From the NCBI GenBank assembly GCA_001817425.1, contig MHII01000006.1, forward strand, positions 1 through 56,985: a DNA stretch of 56,985 bases. Direction: 5' to 3'. Source of the stretch: Candidatus Buchananbacteria bacterium RIFCSPHIGHO2_02_FULL_39_17 (GTDB lineage Bacteria > Patescibacteriota > Patescibacteriia > Buchananbacterales > UBA6539). Made by a program: the position numbers and the translations under genes. Positions 11,333 to 21,932 of the stretch are shown piece after piece (positions within the stretch are counted from its first letter, which is position 1; every line of letters begins with the position of its first letter). The notes under the pieces were generated by a model. It did not search any database, was not told the DNA's origin, and saw nothing but the letters and a program-made list of their open reading frames with translations.

Positions 11333-11830
11333 ATGACCGAAAAAAGAAAAGATTATTTAAACTGGGACGAGTGTTTCATCCAAATCGCTTTTGTCATGGC
11401 CCAGCGTTCAAAAGATCCTTCGACTCAGGCCGGCGCCGTCGTGGTTGACCAAGATAATATTGTCGTTGGTTTAGGTTACAACGGCTTCCCCCGCGGCTGC
11501 ACGGACGAAAATTTCCCTTGGTCGCGCGAAGGTGATTTTTTAGAAACTAAATACGCCTATGTCGTCCACGCCGAAGAAAATGCGATTTATAACGCTAATA
11601 AGCAGACCAACGGATGCAAAGTCTATACAACCATGTTTCCTTGCAATGAATGCGTCAAAACTTTAATCCAAAGCGGTATCGCTGAAATTATTTATGCTTC
11701 GGATAAATACCATGACCAGCCAGCCTGGCAGGCTGGCCGAAAAATGCTTGAAGCCGCCGGCGTCAAATATCGCCAGTATCAACCTCAATTTAATTTAAAT
11801 TTGAAAAAAATTGACCCCATTAGACATTAA
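11333..11830 (+). CDS. dCMP deaminase
   Basis: RSKDPSTQAGA, GYNGFPRG, HAEENA, FPCNEC zinc motifs. Confidence 0.95.
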   Translation: MTEKRKDYLNWDECFIQIAFVMAQRSKDPSTQAGAVVVDQDNIVVGLGYNGFPRGCTDENFPWSREGDFLETKYAYVVHAEENAIYNANKQTNGCKVYTTMFPCNECVKTLIQSGIAEIIYASDKYHDQPAWQAGRKMLEAAGVKYRQYQPQFNLNLKKIDPIRH

Positions 11831-11895
11831 CTTAATTTTGTGTGATACCTCATAACAAATACTAATAATAAAATTTTAAATTCTAAAAATCCATT

Positions 11896-12462
11896 ATGTC
11901 TAACGGGGTGAATAAAATTATTTTAGGTTTTGTCGGTCCTCTCGCTTCCGGTAAAGGCGCAATTTGTCAGTATTTAAAAGAAAAACACGGAGCATCGGTT
12001 TTTCGCTTTTCCACTATGCTTCGTGATGTTTTAAATCGGCTTTATTTAGAAATCAGCCGCGACAATATGCAAAATCTTTCTTCGGCTTTAAGGCAGACTT
12101 TTGGTGATGATTTATTGGCTTCAGTAATCGCTAATGATGTTAAAAATGAAAAAAATGAATTTATTGTCATTGATGGCGTGAGGCGTGAACCCGACATTAA
12201 ATATTTAAAAGATTTCCCCAATTTCTACTTAATTGAAATAAAAGCTGACCAAAAAATTCGCTGGGAACGGATGAGAAAGCGCGGTGAAAATACCGACGAT
12301 AACACCAAAACTTTTGCTGAGTTTAAAAAAGACGAACAAAGAGAAGCGGAAAAAAATATTTCAGACGTAGCTAAGTTAGCTAAGTTTAAAATTGATAATA
12401 GCGGCACGTTAGCAGAGCTATATCGGCAAATGGAAAATATCTTAAAAAAATTCAAATTTTAA
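11896..12462 (+). CDS. P-loop nucleoside monophosphate kinase (dephospho-CoA kinase/adenylate kinase-like)
   Basis: GPLASGKG, VIDGVR, IDNSGT; adjacent to dCMP deaminase. Confidence 0.8.
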   Translation: MSNGVNKIILGFVGPLASGKGAICQYLKEKHGASVFRFSTMLRDVLNRLYLEISRDNMQNLSSALRQTFGDDLLASVIANDVKNEKNEFIVIDGVRREPDIKYLKDFPNFYLIEIKADQKIRWERMRKRGENTDDNTKTFAEFKKDEQREAEKNISDVAKLAKFKIDNSGTLAELYRQMENILKKFKF

Positions 12463-12576
12463 ATTTCAAAAATACAATTCAAATCTGAAAACTTAAAAAT
12501 TTGATTTTTGAGATGTAATTTTGAGATTTGATTTTTGAGATTTAAGTTGTTTAATCTTTTTCTACAATATTAGCTA

Positions 12577-12999
12577 ATGAAGATTAAAATAAAAAAAATC
12601 AACCCAGATTGTATCATCCCCACTTACGCTCACCCCGGCGATGCCGGCCTTGATTTGCATAGTTTAGAAAATTATTCACTCAATCCGGGAGAAAGGAAAA
12701 TTTTTGCTCTTGGCTTTGCTCTGGAATTTCCCCTAGGCTTTGTCGCTATTGTTAAAGATAAAGGCGGTTTGCCTAAAAATGGTGGGGTTCATACCATGGG
12801 CGGGGTTTTTGATGCCGGCTATCGCGGCGAATATAATGTCAATTTAATTAATCTTTCCAGCCAGCCTTATCAAATTAATCAAGGCGACAAAATTGCCCAA
12901 TTAATTATTTTGCCGGTCTTCCAAGCGGTGTTGGAAAAAACTGAACACTTAACTGATACTGACCGCGGCCAAGGCCGCTTTGGTTCTACCGGCCACTAA
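12577..12999 (+). CDS. dut: dUTPase
   Basis: GDAGLDL, GVFDAGYRGE, GDKIAQL, RGQGRFGSTG. Confidence 0.95.
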   Translation: MKIKIKKINPDCIIPTYAHPGDAGLDLHSLENYSLNPGERKIFALGFALEFPLGFVAIVKDKGGLPKNGGVHTMGGVFDAGYRGEYNVNLINLSSQPYQINQGDKIAQLIILPVFQAVLEKTEHLTDTDRGQGRFGSTGH

Positions 13000-13159
13000 C
13001 AATCTCTTTATTATTTTGACTCTACCCGCCTACCAACGCCTATATTAATTTACAAAACTGAAATTTTTATTCTATTAAATCTCCTAGCTCTAGTTGAAAT
13101 ATATACTAGGCAATGGCGGGCAGGTCTGGACTTATTAACTTTATCTTGACTAATTAAAT

Positions 13160-15484
13160 ATGGAGGATAATAAAATTTTTTACCTTATTGGTATTGGCGC
13201 CTTAATTGTTTTAATTTTGGCGGCCATCGGTTTTTTATTTGTTTTTATTTGGCAAAAACCATTTTCGGCTAAAGAACCAGCGCTAATCAATCAAGTCACG
13301 ACCACCCCGAGCTTTGGCACTTTACCTCAAACACCAGTTGACAGTAACGGACCCACCACCCCAAGCCCGGAAGAACAATTAGCCAAAGAAAAATATTTTA
13401 TTTCAACTTTTTACCAAGCCGCGACTTCAACCACTGTCGCTAAAATCCCTGATCTCGACCTGCCACTGGCTAATGTCAAAGAGCAAATATTAAACTATCG
13501 CGATTTTTCGCGTAAAATTCCAATTGAAAATGCTTTACCGAAACTAAGCAATAACGGTTTTGTCGTTATTAATAACCCGTTTGGCAATGTCACTTCTAAT
13601 TGGCAAACCGCCTTTTCCCTGATTAATGAAAAAAATGTGCCCGCGCTTATTACCAGCGATGCGGTTATCGGCCTTTATCAAGATACGTTGCAAATTATTT
13701 ATAAAGAAATTGAACAAGATAAATTTTATGCCTCGCTTTGGCAGCTTTTACATGATCTTTTTAATCAGGTCAAAGCGCGCTATGATGTCAAGCGCCAACA
13801 GTTTGGCATTGAAAGCGACCTAATCACTGAAGCCAATCGTCTGGAACTGGCTTACTTGACTGTGGCCTTGAAATTGCTGGCACCAGAGCCAAGCCAGCTC
13901 CGGGAATCAATCACCGCCCAGCGCCAATTTTTTTCCCCTTTTGAAAACGAAACTTATCAAATCACAGTTCCGCCTTATCTAATTAACGACGTTGAATCAG
14001 AAATCAGACTGATTGATGCTAAAGTTAAATCCGCCAAATCGCCAATTTTATTATATCAGCAAAGCTACACCCCTTATTTGATTCCTGCCCAGTATCAAGC
14101 TTCCGAAAAATTAAAAAATTATTATCTGGCGATCACTTGGTTAAATCAAGTCTTTTTCCCGCTAAACGCCAAAAACGGCGACTGCCCTGACTGCTTACTT
14201 GACGAGCCGGACCAACGTCTTGGTTTCTTAGCGGCTTTATATCTAAGCGATGACTTAGGCTCAAATCAGCGCTTGAAAAACCAGTGGGCAAATATTTATA
14301 AAACAATTGCCTTTTTTAAGGGCCTGGAAACCGATCTGACTTATCTTGATTATCATTACGCTCTTGAAAATGAATTTGGCAAGGATTTTCACCTTGACCA
14401 AATTTTTAAAACTGATGTCGAAACAATTAAGCAAAAACTAGATTTGTTGAAAAAAAGATTGCTAGACATTAAATTCTCCCGCGCCTTGCGTGCAAGCACT
14501 AAAGCAAAAGATTTAGGTTGGCGACTTTTGAGAAATTACTTCTTGACTGAAGAAAAAATTTTTACTGACTTGACCGGCCAAAACCCTGGCAATTATTTAG
14601 GCGCTGTTAACGACCCGAAAAGACCAAACACCAGCTGCTCCCAAAAACAAAACCTTTCCCGCTGCCGGCCGACTAGTTTAGATATTTTTAATGTTTTAGG
14701 CAATAATCAAGCTGCCGAAATTTTAACTGACACGAAAAATAACCAATACCAAAACTATCAGCAGATCACCGACTCATTAAAATCCGCTCTCCAAGAATTT
14801 GATCAAAACACTTGGCATGATAATTCTTATCTAAGTTTATTTTCTGCCCTCCAAAGCTTCAAAACTGATAACCTCAACGGCTATCCGGCTTTTATGAAAA
14901 ATGAAGTTTGGCAGAAAAAAAATCTTCAAACCGCACTGGGGGCTTGGACTAATTTCCATCGGGAAATCAAATACGAAAAAACTAGCTCTCAGAGTTTTGC
15001 CGGCTTTCCCAATTATTTTGGCTATGGCTACATTGAGCCTCAAGCCGAAACTTATGCCCAACTTTTAGCTAATGTTAAAATGATTAAAAAAGGCTTTAGC
15101 GCCCTTCAAATTATTGGCAGCGGCGAAAAATCTTATGAGCGCTTATCTAATCTTGAAAATTTACTCAACAATATCTTACAAATTACCAAAAAAGAACTGG
15201 CTAATAACGAACTATCGGCTGACGATTACAATTTTATCAATAATTTTTCTCGCACCATTAATTTATTGACGGGCGAAATTAAAAAAGAAAACCTACAAAA
15301 TCTTTATACTTTAAGCCTAGTTTTTCCCGGCCAAAAAGTTCTAAATGAATTTATTGATGGCTTTAATTATTTAATTGTGGTTTATCCGGATAAAAATGGT
15401 AAATTGTTTTTTGCCATTGGTCCGGTCTTAAACTATTTTGAAAATCAAAAAATCCCCGCCGCCTGGCAGAAAGAATTTAAATAA
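13160..15484 (+). CDS. large membrane-anchored protein, DUF3160-like
   Basis: N-terminal TM, NGFVV, LITSDAV, KNLQTALGAWT, GYIEP, GPVLNYFE. Confidence 0.7.
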   Translation: MEDNKIFYLIGIGALIVLILAAIGFLFVFIWQKPFSAKEPALINQVTTTPSFGTLPQTPVDSNGPTTPSPEEQLAKEKYFISTFYQAATSTTVAKIPDLDLPLANVKEQILNYRDFSRKIPIENALPKLSNNGFVVINNPFGNVTSNWQTAFSLINEKNVPALITSDAVIGLYQDTLQIIYKEIEQDKFYASLWQLLHDLFNQVKARYDVKRQQFGIESDLITEANRLELAYLTVALKLLAPEPSQLRESITAQRQFFSPFENETYQITVPPYLINDVESEIRLIDAKVKSAKSPILLYQQSYTPYLIPAQYQASEKLKNYYLAITWLNQVFFPLNAKNGDCPDCLLDEPDQRLGFLAALYLSDDLGSNQRLKNQWANIYKTIAFFKGLETDLTYLDYHYALENEFGKDFHLDQIFKTDVETIKQKLDLLKKRLLDIKFSRALRASTKAKDLGWRLLRNYFLTEEKIFTDLTGQNPGNYLGAVNDPKRPNTSCSQKQNLSRCRPTSLDIFNVLGNNQAAEILTDTKNNQYQNYQQITDSLKSALQEFDQNTWHDNSYLSLFSALQSFKTDNLNGYPAFMKNEVWQKKNLQTALGAWTNFHREIKYEKTSSQSFAGFPNYFGYGYIEPQAETYAQLLANVKMIKKGFSALQIIGSGEKSYERLSNLENLLNNILQITKKELANNELSADDYNFINNFSRTINLLTGEIKKENLQNLYTLSLVFPGQKVLNEFIDGFNYLIVVYPDKNGKLFFAIGPVLNYFENQKIPAAWQKEFK

Positions 15485-15491
15485 TGAAATT

Positions 15492-16364
15492 ATGAAAGCT
15501 TATCTTGATATTGTTAAAAAAATTTTAGATACTGGTGAAAAAACCACGAACCGAACCGGCATTGACACCCTGGTAATTCCGGGTACGATTTTTCAGCATG
15601 AAATGAAAAATGGTTTTCCTCTTCTAACAACCAAAAAAGTGCCTTACCGATTAGTGGCTACGGAACTGGAATTTTTTATTAAGGGCATCACCGATAAAAA
15701 ATGGCTCCAGGACCGAAACAATCACATCTGGGATGAATGGTGCACGCCGCTTAAAATTCCTTATGCTAATGACGAGGAAAACAAAAAAAAGATGCTTGAG
15801 GAAAGAGATTTAGGAACAATCTACGGCTGGGAATGGCGTCATTTTGGCGCCGAATACAAATCTTATGACACTAATTATTCCGGCCAAGGTGTGGATCAGT
15901 TGCAAAAATTGGTCAATGATCTAAAAACTCACCCCGATAGTCGCCGAATGTTAGTCTTAGCTTGGAACCCTTTAGATATTGATAAGGCGGTGCCACCATA
16001 TTGCCACTATGCTTATCAGGTGACGGTCACGAACAACAAATTAAATTTATTCTGGAATCAGCGCTCCGTCGATGTTGCCTTAGGTTTGCCGTTTAATATT
16101 GCCAGCTATGCGACCTTGCTTCATTTATTGGCCAAGGAAACCGGCTATGAAGAAGGCAGATTAACTGGCTTTTTGGCGGACACGCATATTTATGTTAATC
16201 ATGTGGACGGGTTAAAAGAGCAATTGTCCCGTGACCCGAATAAATATCCCCTGCCGCAAATCAAAACCGAAAAGTTCACTTCCATTTTTGACTGGCAAGC
16301 CGAAGACACGGAGTTAATAAATTACCAAAGCTATCCGATGATTAAATTTGAAATCGCCGTCTAG
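15492..16364 (+). CDS. thyA: thymidylate synthase
   Basis: NRTGIDT, FPLLTTKK, PPYCH, QRSVDVALGLPFNIASY, DTHIYVNH. Confidence 0.97.
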   Translation: MKAYLDIVKKILDTGEKTTNRTGIDTLVIPGTIFQHEMKNGFPLLTTKKVPYRLVATELEFFIKGITDKKWLQDRNNHIWDEWCTPLKIPYANDEENKKKMLEERDLGTIYGWEWRHFGAEYKSYDTNYSGQGVDQLQKLVNDLKTHPDSRRMLVLAWNPLDIDKAVPPYCHYAYQVTVTNNKLNLFWNQRSVDVALGLPFNIASYATLLHLLAKETGYEEGRLTGFLADTHIYVNHVDGLKEQLSRDPNKYPLPQIKTEKFTSIFDWQAEDTELINYQSYPMIKFEIAV

Positions 16365-16774
16365 AAATCTCAAAAAATTAAACCCGCCTGCCGCGCCCGA
16401 TTTCGCTTTGACGAAGTCAAGGCGGGCGGGCCATCGCCTTGCTTAAATATTTAATAATAAATTTCAGTCCGAATAAACCTAAATTGTTTCACTGAAATTT
16501 TTTGGGGCAGGCATTGACGGGCAGGTCTCAAATCTCAAATATACATCTTAAAATTAAAAAATAAATGCCGCCAGAGACGGCCTCCAAAATTTTGACTTTT
16601 CCCGCTACCATAATCTATTTTAGAAGGTGCCGATGTAAAATCGGCATCCCGACTTTACGTCGGGAAAGGCGGGATCCCGCCGTAGGCGGTGATAAATTTT
16701 GAATTTTGATTTCTATAAAAATCTGAAGGATAAAACTAAAGATTAAAAAATTACAACATAAAATATACTTATCT

Positions 16775-17299
16775 ATGAAGCTGATATTAATGATGGCCAC
16801 CACGGTTGACGGCATTATTGCCAAAACCAAAGACCAAAAAGCCGATTGGACCACGCCGGCGGACAAAAAAGCCTTTATTGCCGAAACCAAAAAGCATGGG
16901 GTGATTATTATGGGCGATACGACTTTTGATACCATCGGCAAACCTTTACCCGGCCGGCTTAACTTAATTTTAAGTTTTACTCCGGAAAAATATAAAGAGC
17001 GTGAAATCCCCGGCACTTTAGAATTTGTCAAAATGCCGCCCGGAGATGTGGTTAAGATGCTTGAAAGCCGAAATTTTTCTTCCGCCATTTTAGGCGGCGG
17101 CGCCAGAACCAATGCCGCTTTTTTAAAAGCCGGCTTGGTGGATGAAATCTTAATTACCATTGAGCCAAAACTTTTCGGCGTGGGCATTAATTTTACCGAA
17201 GGTGAGGATTTAGATTTGAATTTAGAATTAATTGAAAGCAAAGAAATTGGCGACAATGCCGTGCAGTTGAAATATAAAGTGAAGCCTCCCCCGGCCTAA
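16775..17299 (+). CDS. folA: dihydrofolate reductase family protein
   Basis: MATTVDGII, IIMGDTTF, KPLPGRLN, ILGGG; follows thyA. Confidence 0.85.
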   Translation: MKLILMMATTVDGIIAKTKDQKADWTTPADKKAFIAETKKHGVIIMGDTTFDTIGKPLPGRLNLILSFTPEKYKEREIPGTLEFVKMPPGDVVKMLESRNFSSAILGGGARTNAAFLKAGLVDEILITIEPKLFGVGINFTEGEDLDLNLELIESKEIGDNAVQLKYKVKPPPA

Positions 17300-17435
17300 A
17301 AATCAAGGTTTCTTCTCTTAACTAAGAGAGAGGCGAAACCCACGCACCGTCCGCCTAAGGCGGGCTGGTGCATGGGTAAAAAAATGACAGGCGAAAATCA
17401 ATTCACCTGTCGTTAATCTTATTTTACCGCCAAGG

Positions 17436-17735
17436 TTAGGTTATTTGATTGTCAGTTTCAACTGCGGCATAATTAATCAAGTTAATTACGAAACAACCAA
17501 CTGCGACCAGCCCTAGGCTCATTGTCCAGGACACTGATTCTATAAGAGAAAATTCACCGCCGAGTAAGTAAGACCACCAAAAAAAGGCAATACTGACTAA
17601 ACCAAGTACTAATGGTGAAAAGGCCACTATAAACCAGAAACCGCCAACAGTTACTGAAGTAACCTGATTTAACCGCCAAATATAAACGACGGTAACAAAA
17701 ATCAGCCACACCAAACAAATAATTCCAGCCATCAA
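17436..17735 (-). CDS. small membrane protein
   Basis: Three hydrophobic segments; GAGGG RBS. Confidence 0.6.
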   Translation of the reverse strand: MMAGIICLVWLIFVTVVYIWRLNQVTSVTVGGFWFIVAFSPLVLGLVSIAFFWWSYLLGGEFSLIESVSWTMSLGLVAVGCFVINLINYAAVETDNQIT

Positions 17736-17756
17736 TCGTCCCTCCTATTTTTTCTT

Positions 17757-18047
17757 CTACATTCTGCGGTCAGGTACGACGAAAAAATCCTTAAGAAATA
17801 TAACTAACAGGGCAAGAGTAAGCGCAATCTTTGTCCTTAAATCAACTAAATTAGATCCGATACCCAACAATATCCATAGTATAACCAGCCAGCCTAACCA
17901 GTAGATTGACCGGATCCGGTCATAGCGCCACAAACAAAATTCAACAAATTTACTGCTACTGCCACAGTACTTTACCATTAGCCCGGTCACCAAAAACTGC
18001 AAAAGACGCAAGGCAAAATAACCGACTAAAATCATCAAGATCAGCAT
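17757..18047 (-). CDS. small membrane protein
   Basis: Three hydrophobic segments; GGAGGG RBS nearby. Confidence 0.6.
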   Translation of the reverse strand: MLILMILVGYFALRLLQFLVTGLMVKYCGSSSKFVEFCLWRYDRIRSIYWLGWLVILWILLGIGSNLVDLRTKIALTLALLVIFLKDFFVVPDRRM

Positions 18048-18118
18048 TATGCAACCCTCCGTTATTAAGGTTCCAAAACTTATTAAAAATTACTATATTT
18101 TGATTCTAATGTCAATTT

Positions 18119-18715
18119 ATGAAAAAAGTTGGCAAGTTCATTGTTTTATACGGCACCAATAACCTGGGCAAAACCACCCAGGCGAAATTATTAGTGGAAA
18201 AATTAAATCAAAATGGTTTTCCGGCCGAGTATCTAAAATATCCGATTTATGATTTAGCGCCCACTGGACGCAAGATCAATCAAATCTTGCGCGGCGGGGC
18301 TGACCAAAAAATTAGCGAGCTTGAACTGCAGGAACTTTACGCTCAAAACCGCCGCGATTTTGAACCAACGCTAAAAGAAAAATTAGAAGGCGGCATTAAT
18401 ATTGTGACCGAAGATTATATTGGCACTGGTCTGGCTTGGGGCGTGACCAAGGGTGCGCCGTTAACGCAATTAGAAAAACAAAATCAAAATTTACTCAAAG
18501 AAAATTTAGCGATTCTACTGGATGGTGAACGTTTTTTAGACGGCAAAGAACAAAATCATTTACATGAAAGCAGTGATGAATTAATAACAAAAAACCGGCG
18601 AATTCACTTGGATTTAGCCAAAAAATATGGCTGGCAGATTGTTTCTGCCAACCAATCAGTAGAAAAAGTCCAGCAAGACATCTGGCAAAAAGTCAGAAAA
18701 TTTATTTCTATTTAG
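18119..18715 (+). CDS. tmk: thymidylate kinase
   Basis: FIVLYGTNNLGKTTQ, KYP, LYAQNR, EDYIGTGLAWG. Confidence 0.85.
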   Translation: MKKVGKFIVLYGTNNLGKTTQAKLLVEKLNQNGFPAEYLKYPIYDLAPTGRKINQILRGGADQKISELELQELYAQNRRDFEPTLKEKLEGGINIVTEDYIGTGLAWGVTKGAPLTQLEKQNQNLLKENLAILLDGERFLDGKEQNHLHESSDELITKNRRIHLDLAKKYGWQIVSANQSVEKVQQDIWQKVRKFISI

Positions 18716-19430
18716 AGATAAAGGGGGTTATGATTCTTTGACTTGACGCTGTCTTTACTTCATAACTCCCCTAACCCGTCTTATCCTAAGAGGGGAATAC
18801 CTTAATAGATTTTTACCTTGTAATTGCCACGGCAAGTCGCATTTGATTACAGAAACGCAGACAGGTCTGACCTATTGACAAACACACTTTTTAAGTGTAA
18901 GATAATTTTGAAGTGCCAATCAAGCGTCATGGTTCAATGGCGAATCTAATTGATCAATACGGCTGGGAAGCTTCCTTTTGTAGAACTGACCAAAGTGTTC
19001 TAAATTATCTCTTCACCATCAGCGACTTAGGAAGCGATCTGCCTAAACAATTGAAACAAAAAAAATCATCAGTACGGAGGATAAAACCATGAAGAAAAAA
19101 AGACATCGCTGGAGTTTAGGACGTTGTTGGATAAGACTAATGAAAAAGTTAGCCGGCCGCAGCACCAACCTCTATCAGCCGCATTTGGTACCAAAAAATC
19201 GGTGATATCGCTCCATTTTTTCGTTTGAGTCCTCAACAGAGGACTCTCTTTTTTTAATGTATTAACAAATACCAATATGAGTAAAGCCACGTCTAATAAA
19301 ATCATTCGGGGCTTTATTTTTTTTAAAATTTATGATAATATATAAAGCGATACCAATCTACAAATAACATGCGAATGATACGAATATATTTGCTGCATTC
19401 GCATAAATTCGTAATTTGCATTATATTTTT

Positions 19431-19466
19431 ATGAAATTAACACCCATCATCGGCCTAGAAATCCAC
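19431..19466 (+). repeat. synonymously recoded duplicate of the gatB 5' end (MKLTPIIGLEIH)
   Basis: Matches 19613-19648 with 8 nucleotide differences, all silent. Confidence 0.9.
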
Positions 19467-19580
19467 CCCGCCCTAAGTTCGCGAATAAATTTTAAAAAAC
19501 TTTAGAGTTTATTCGGCGCGAATACGCCTTCGGCTTACATTATATAATTTTCAAGTTTAAATAATTAACTTAAGGCGGGG
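19467..19580. mobile_element. ~115-bp MITE-like element, copy 2 (inverted relative to copy 1)
   Basis: Terminal IR CCCGCCCTAAGTT / AACTTAAGGCGGG; interior homologous to 4184-4298. Confidence 0.65.
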
Positions 19581-19612
19581 CAAGCGTTAATTCGATAATA
19601 TATATTAAATAT

Positions 19613-21187
19613 ATGAAACTCACCCCTATCATCGGATTAGAGATTCACGTTCAGCTAAAAACTAAATCCAAGATGTTTTGCGGCTGTGACAACAGCGGCG
19701 AAGACAAACCGGCGAATACGACGATTTGTCCAATTTGTCTTGGCCATCCCGGAGTTCTGCCGGTGGCCAACCGCCAAGCGATTGAATGGTCAGCGATGTC
19801 GGCTTTGGCTTTGAATTGCGAAATTCCCCAAACTTCAAAATTTGACCGCAAAAGTTATTTTTATCCCGACTTGCCAAAAAATTACCAAATCTCCCAATAC
19901 GATCAACCTCTTGGTGTTAGCGGCTACTTGATGATTCCGACCAAAAATGGAGAAAAAAAAATCGGCATTATTCGCCTCCATTTAGAAGAAGACGCCGCGA
20001 AAAATTTCCATTCTGCCGACGGCTCGCCTCGCTCGCCTAAAGGCGAAGCAAATGGCGAAGCGGGTAAAAATACTTTAGTTGATTACAACCGCGGCGGCAC
20101 GCCCCTAATGGAAATCGTCACCGAACCCGACCTGCGCTCGCCCCAAGAGGCAAAAACTTTTATGCAGGAGCTAAGGCTCATTATGCGCTATCTTAATGTC
20201 TCCGAAGCGGATATGGAAAAGGGCCACTTGCGCTGCGATGCCAATATTTCTTTGACCGACCAACCAGCAGAAAAAATTGACTTGAAAAAATTAAAACCAA
20301 AAACAGAAATTAAAAATTTAAACTCATTTAAAGCGGTTGAGCGCTCTTTGGAATATGAAATTAAAAGACAAGCAAAACTTTGGGCCGAAGGCCAAGCGCC
20401 AAAAAAGCAATCCACCCGCGGCTGGGACGAAGACGAAGGTATAACTGAAGATCAGCGAACCAAAGAGGAAGCGTCAGACTATCGCTATTTTCCCGAGCCA
20501 GATTTACCGCCAGTTAATTTCAACCCTCAAGCAAAAAATGGCATCAACCTGCAAATTTTACAAAACAAGTTGGGCGAGCTGCCCCAAAAAAAGCGCCGGC
20601 GTTTTATTCAAGAATTTGACTTAACCGCAGAAAATGCTAAGATTTTAACGGATGATGAAAGATTGGCTAATTTTTTTGAACAAGTAATTTCCGAATTGCA
20701 AGCTTGGTTGATTTCCTTAGGCGAAGCCGAAGGCACGGCCGAGGAGATCTGGCAAAAAAATAAGGCAAAACTTTCCAAACTAACCAGCAATTGGCTGATT
20801 AATAAACTTTTAGCTCTAATCTATAAGGATGGCAAACAAATCAAGGATTGCCCGCAGATCACCGCGGAAAATTTTGCCGAATTTATTACCTTAGTTCATC
20901 AAAATAAAATTAATTCAACGATTGCCCAAAAAATCTTAGAAAAAATGTACCAAACCGGAAAAGATCCATCGGTTATTATAACCGAAGAAGACTTGCAAGG
21001 CGGCCATGATGAAACCGCGCTAGAACAAATGATTGAAAAAATTATTAATCAAAGCCCAAAAGAAGTTGAACAATATAAAAAAGGCAAAGTAACTTTGCTC
21101 CAATATTTTATTGGTCAAGTCATGCGGGAAACTAAAGGCAAGGCCGACCCCCAGACAATTAAAAAAATTTTAATTAATAAATTATAA
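19613..21187 (+). CDS. gatB: Asp/Glu-tRNA amidotransferase subunit B
   Basis: IGLEIHVQL, FDRKSYFYPDLPK, HLEEDA, LRCDANIS, DYRYFPEPDL. Confidence 0.98.
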   Translation: MKLTPIIGLEIHVQLKTKSKMFCGCDNSGEDKPANTTICPICLGHPGVLPVANRQAIEWSAMSALALNCEIPQTSKFDRKSYFYPDLPKNYQISQYDQPLGVSGYLMIPTKNGEKKIGIIRLHLEEDAAKNFHSADGSPRSPKGEANGEAGKNTLVDYNRGGTPLMEIVTEPDLRSPQEAKTFMQELRLIMRYLNVSEADMEKGHLRCDANISLTDQPAEKIDLKKLKPKTEIKNLNSFKAVERSLEYEIKRQAKLWAEGQAPKKQSTRGWDEDEGITEDQRTKEEASDYRYFPEPDLPPVNFNPQAKNGINLQILQNKLGELPQKKRRRFIQEFDLTAENAKILTDDERLANFFEQVISELQAWLISLGEAEGTAEEIWQKNKAKLSKLTSNWLINKLLALIYKDGKQIKDCPQITAENFAEFITLVHQNKINSTIAQKILEKMYQTGKDPSVIITEEDLQGGHDETALEQMIEKIINQSPKEVEQYKKGKVTLLQYFIGQVMRETKGKADPQTIKKILINKL

Positions 21188-21191
21188 TAAT

Positions 21192-21509
21192 ATGGCGATG
21201 GAAAGAGCCGATATTTCCTTTGCGGCCGAAGAAAAAAAACGACAAGGCGAAGAAGAAGCCGATCTCACGCCAAAAGTAGAACAATCTTTGAAAATTTTAA
21301 AGGAAAGATTAGCGATGGTAAAAAAATATGATTCAACAGCATTAGTTGATTCTTCAGTGAGAATCACGCGAGACTGTTTAGACGGCGCCCGTTATCTGGT
21401 AACATCAGGAGAATATGACCGCTTAACACCAGCAGAACAAGAATATGTCGATGGCATTATTGAAACAGCTGGTTTACATGATTTAGGAGACGAAAAATTA
21501 AGAGAATAG
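21192..21509 (+). CDS. hypothetical protein
   Basis: 105-aa acidic ORF starting 4 bp after gatB. Confidence 0.6.
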   Translation: MAMERADISFAAEEKKRQGEEEADLTPKVEQSLKILKERLAMVKKYDSTALVDSSVRITRDCLDGARYLVTSGEYDRLTPAEQEYVDGIIETAGLHDLGDEKLRE

Positions 21510-21608
21510 AAAAAATACAACTAGAAACTCTAACCTTAATCGGTTTGAGTTTTTAATTAGACTTAAATTAATTTAAATGCTAAAATCAGAAAAGCTCATT
21601 GAAGGGAG

Positions 21609-21884
21609 GTGGTTATCTTGAGCGCTAATGCTTTAGCCGAATTTTTGACTGGACAAGGCTTGCCTCAGAGATTGGGTTGCCGGCACTTTGGCAATGGCGA
21701 TGTTTCCACTTGTTCTCATTGTGGTCAGATTGTTAGAGAATTGGTGGATTATCTTCTCCAAAGAATTTTTACCGTCCAGCAACTTGAGGCGATTAAAGAT
21801 CACCAGAGACCACGATTAGTGTCGGCAATAATCGAGGCCGTTTTAGCCAGAAGTAACGGGAGGGAGGGAAAACGAGATGGCTAA
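21609..21884 (+). CDS. hypothetical protein with Cys/His cluster
   Basis: GGGAGG RBS; CRH...CSHC; own promoter TAGACT-N17-TAAAAT. Confidence 0.55.
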   Translation: MVILSANALAEFLTGQGLPQRLGCRHFGNGDVSTCSHCGQIVRELVDYLLQRIFTVQQLEAIKDHQRPRLVSAIIEAVLARSNGREGKRDG

Positions 21885-21932
21885 AACCAAGTGGCCACCA
21901 TTCTAAAGGACAGCACGAAATTTTGCTGTCCT

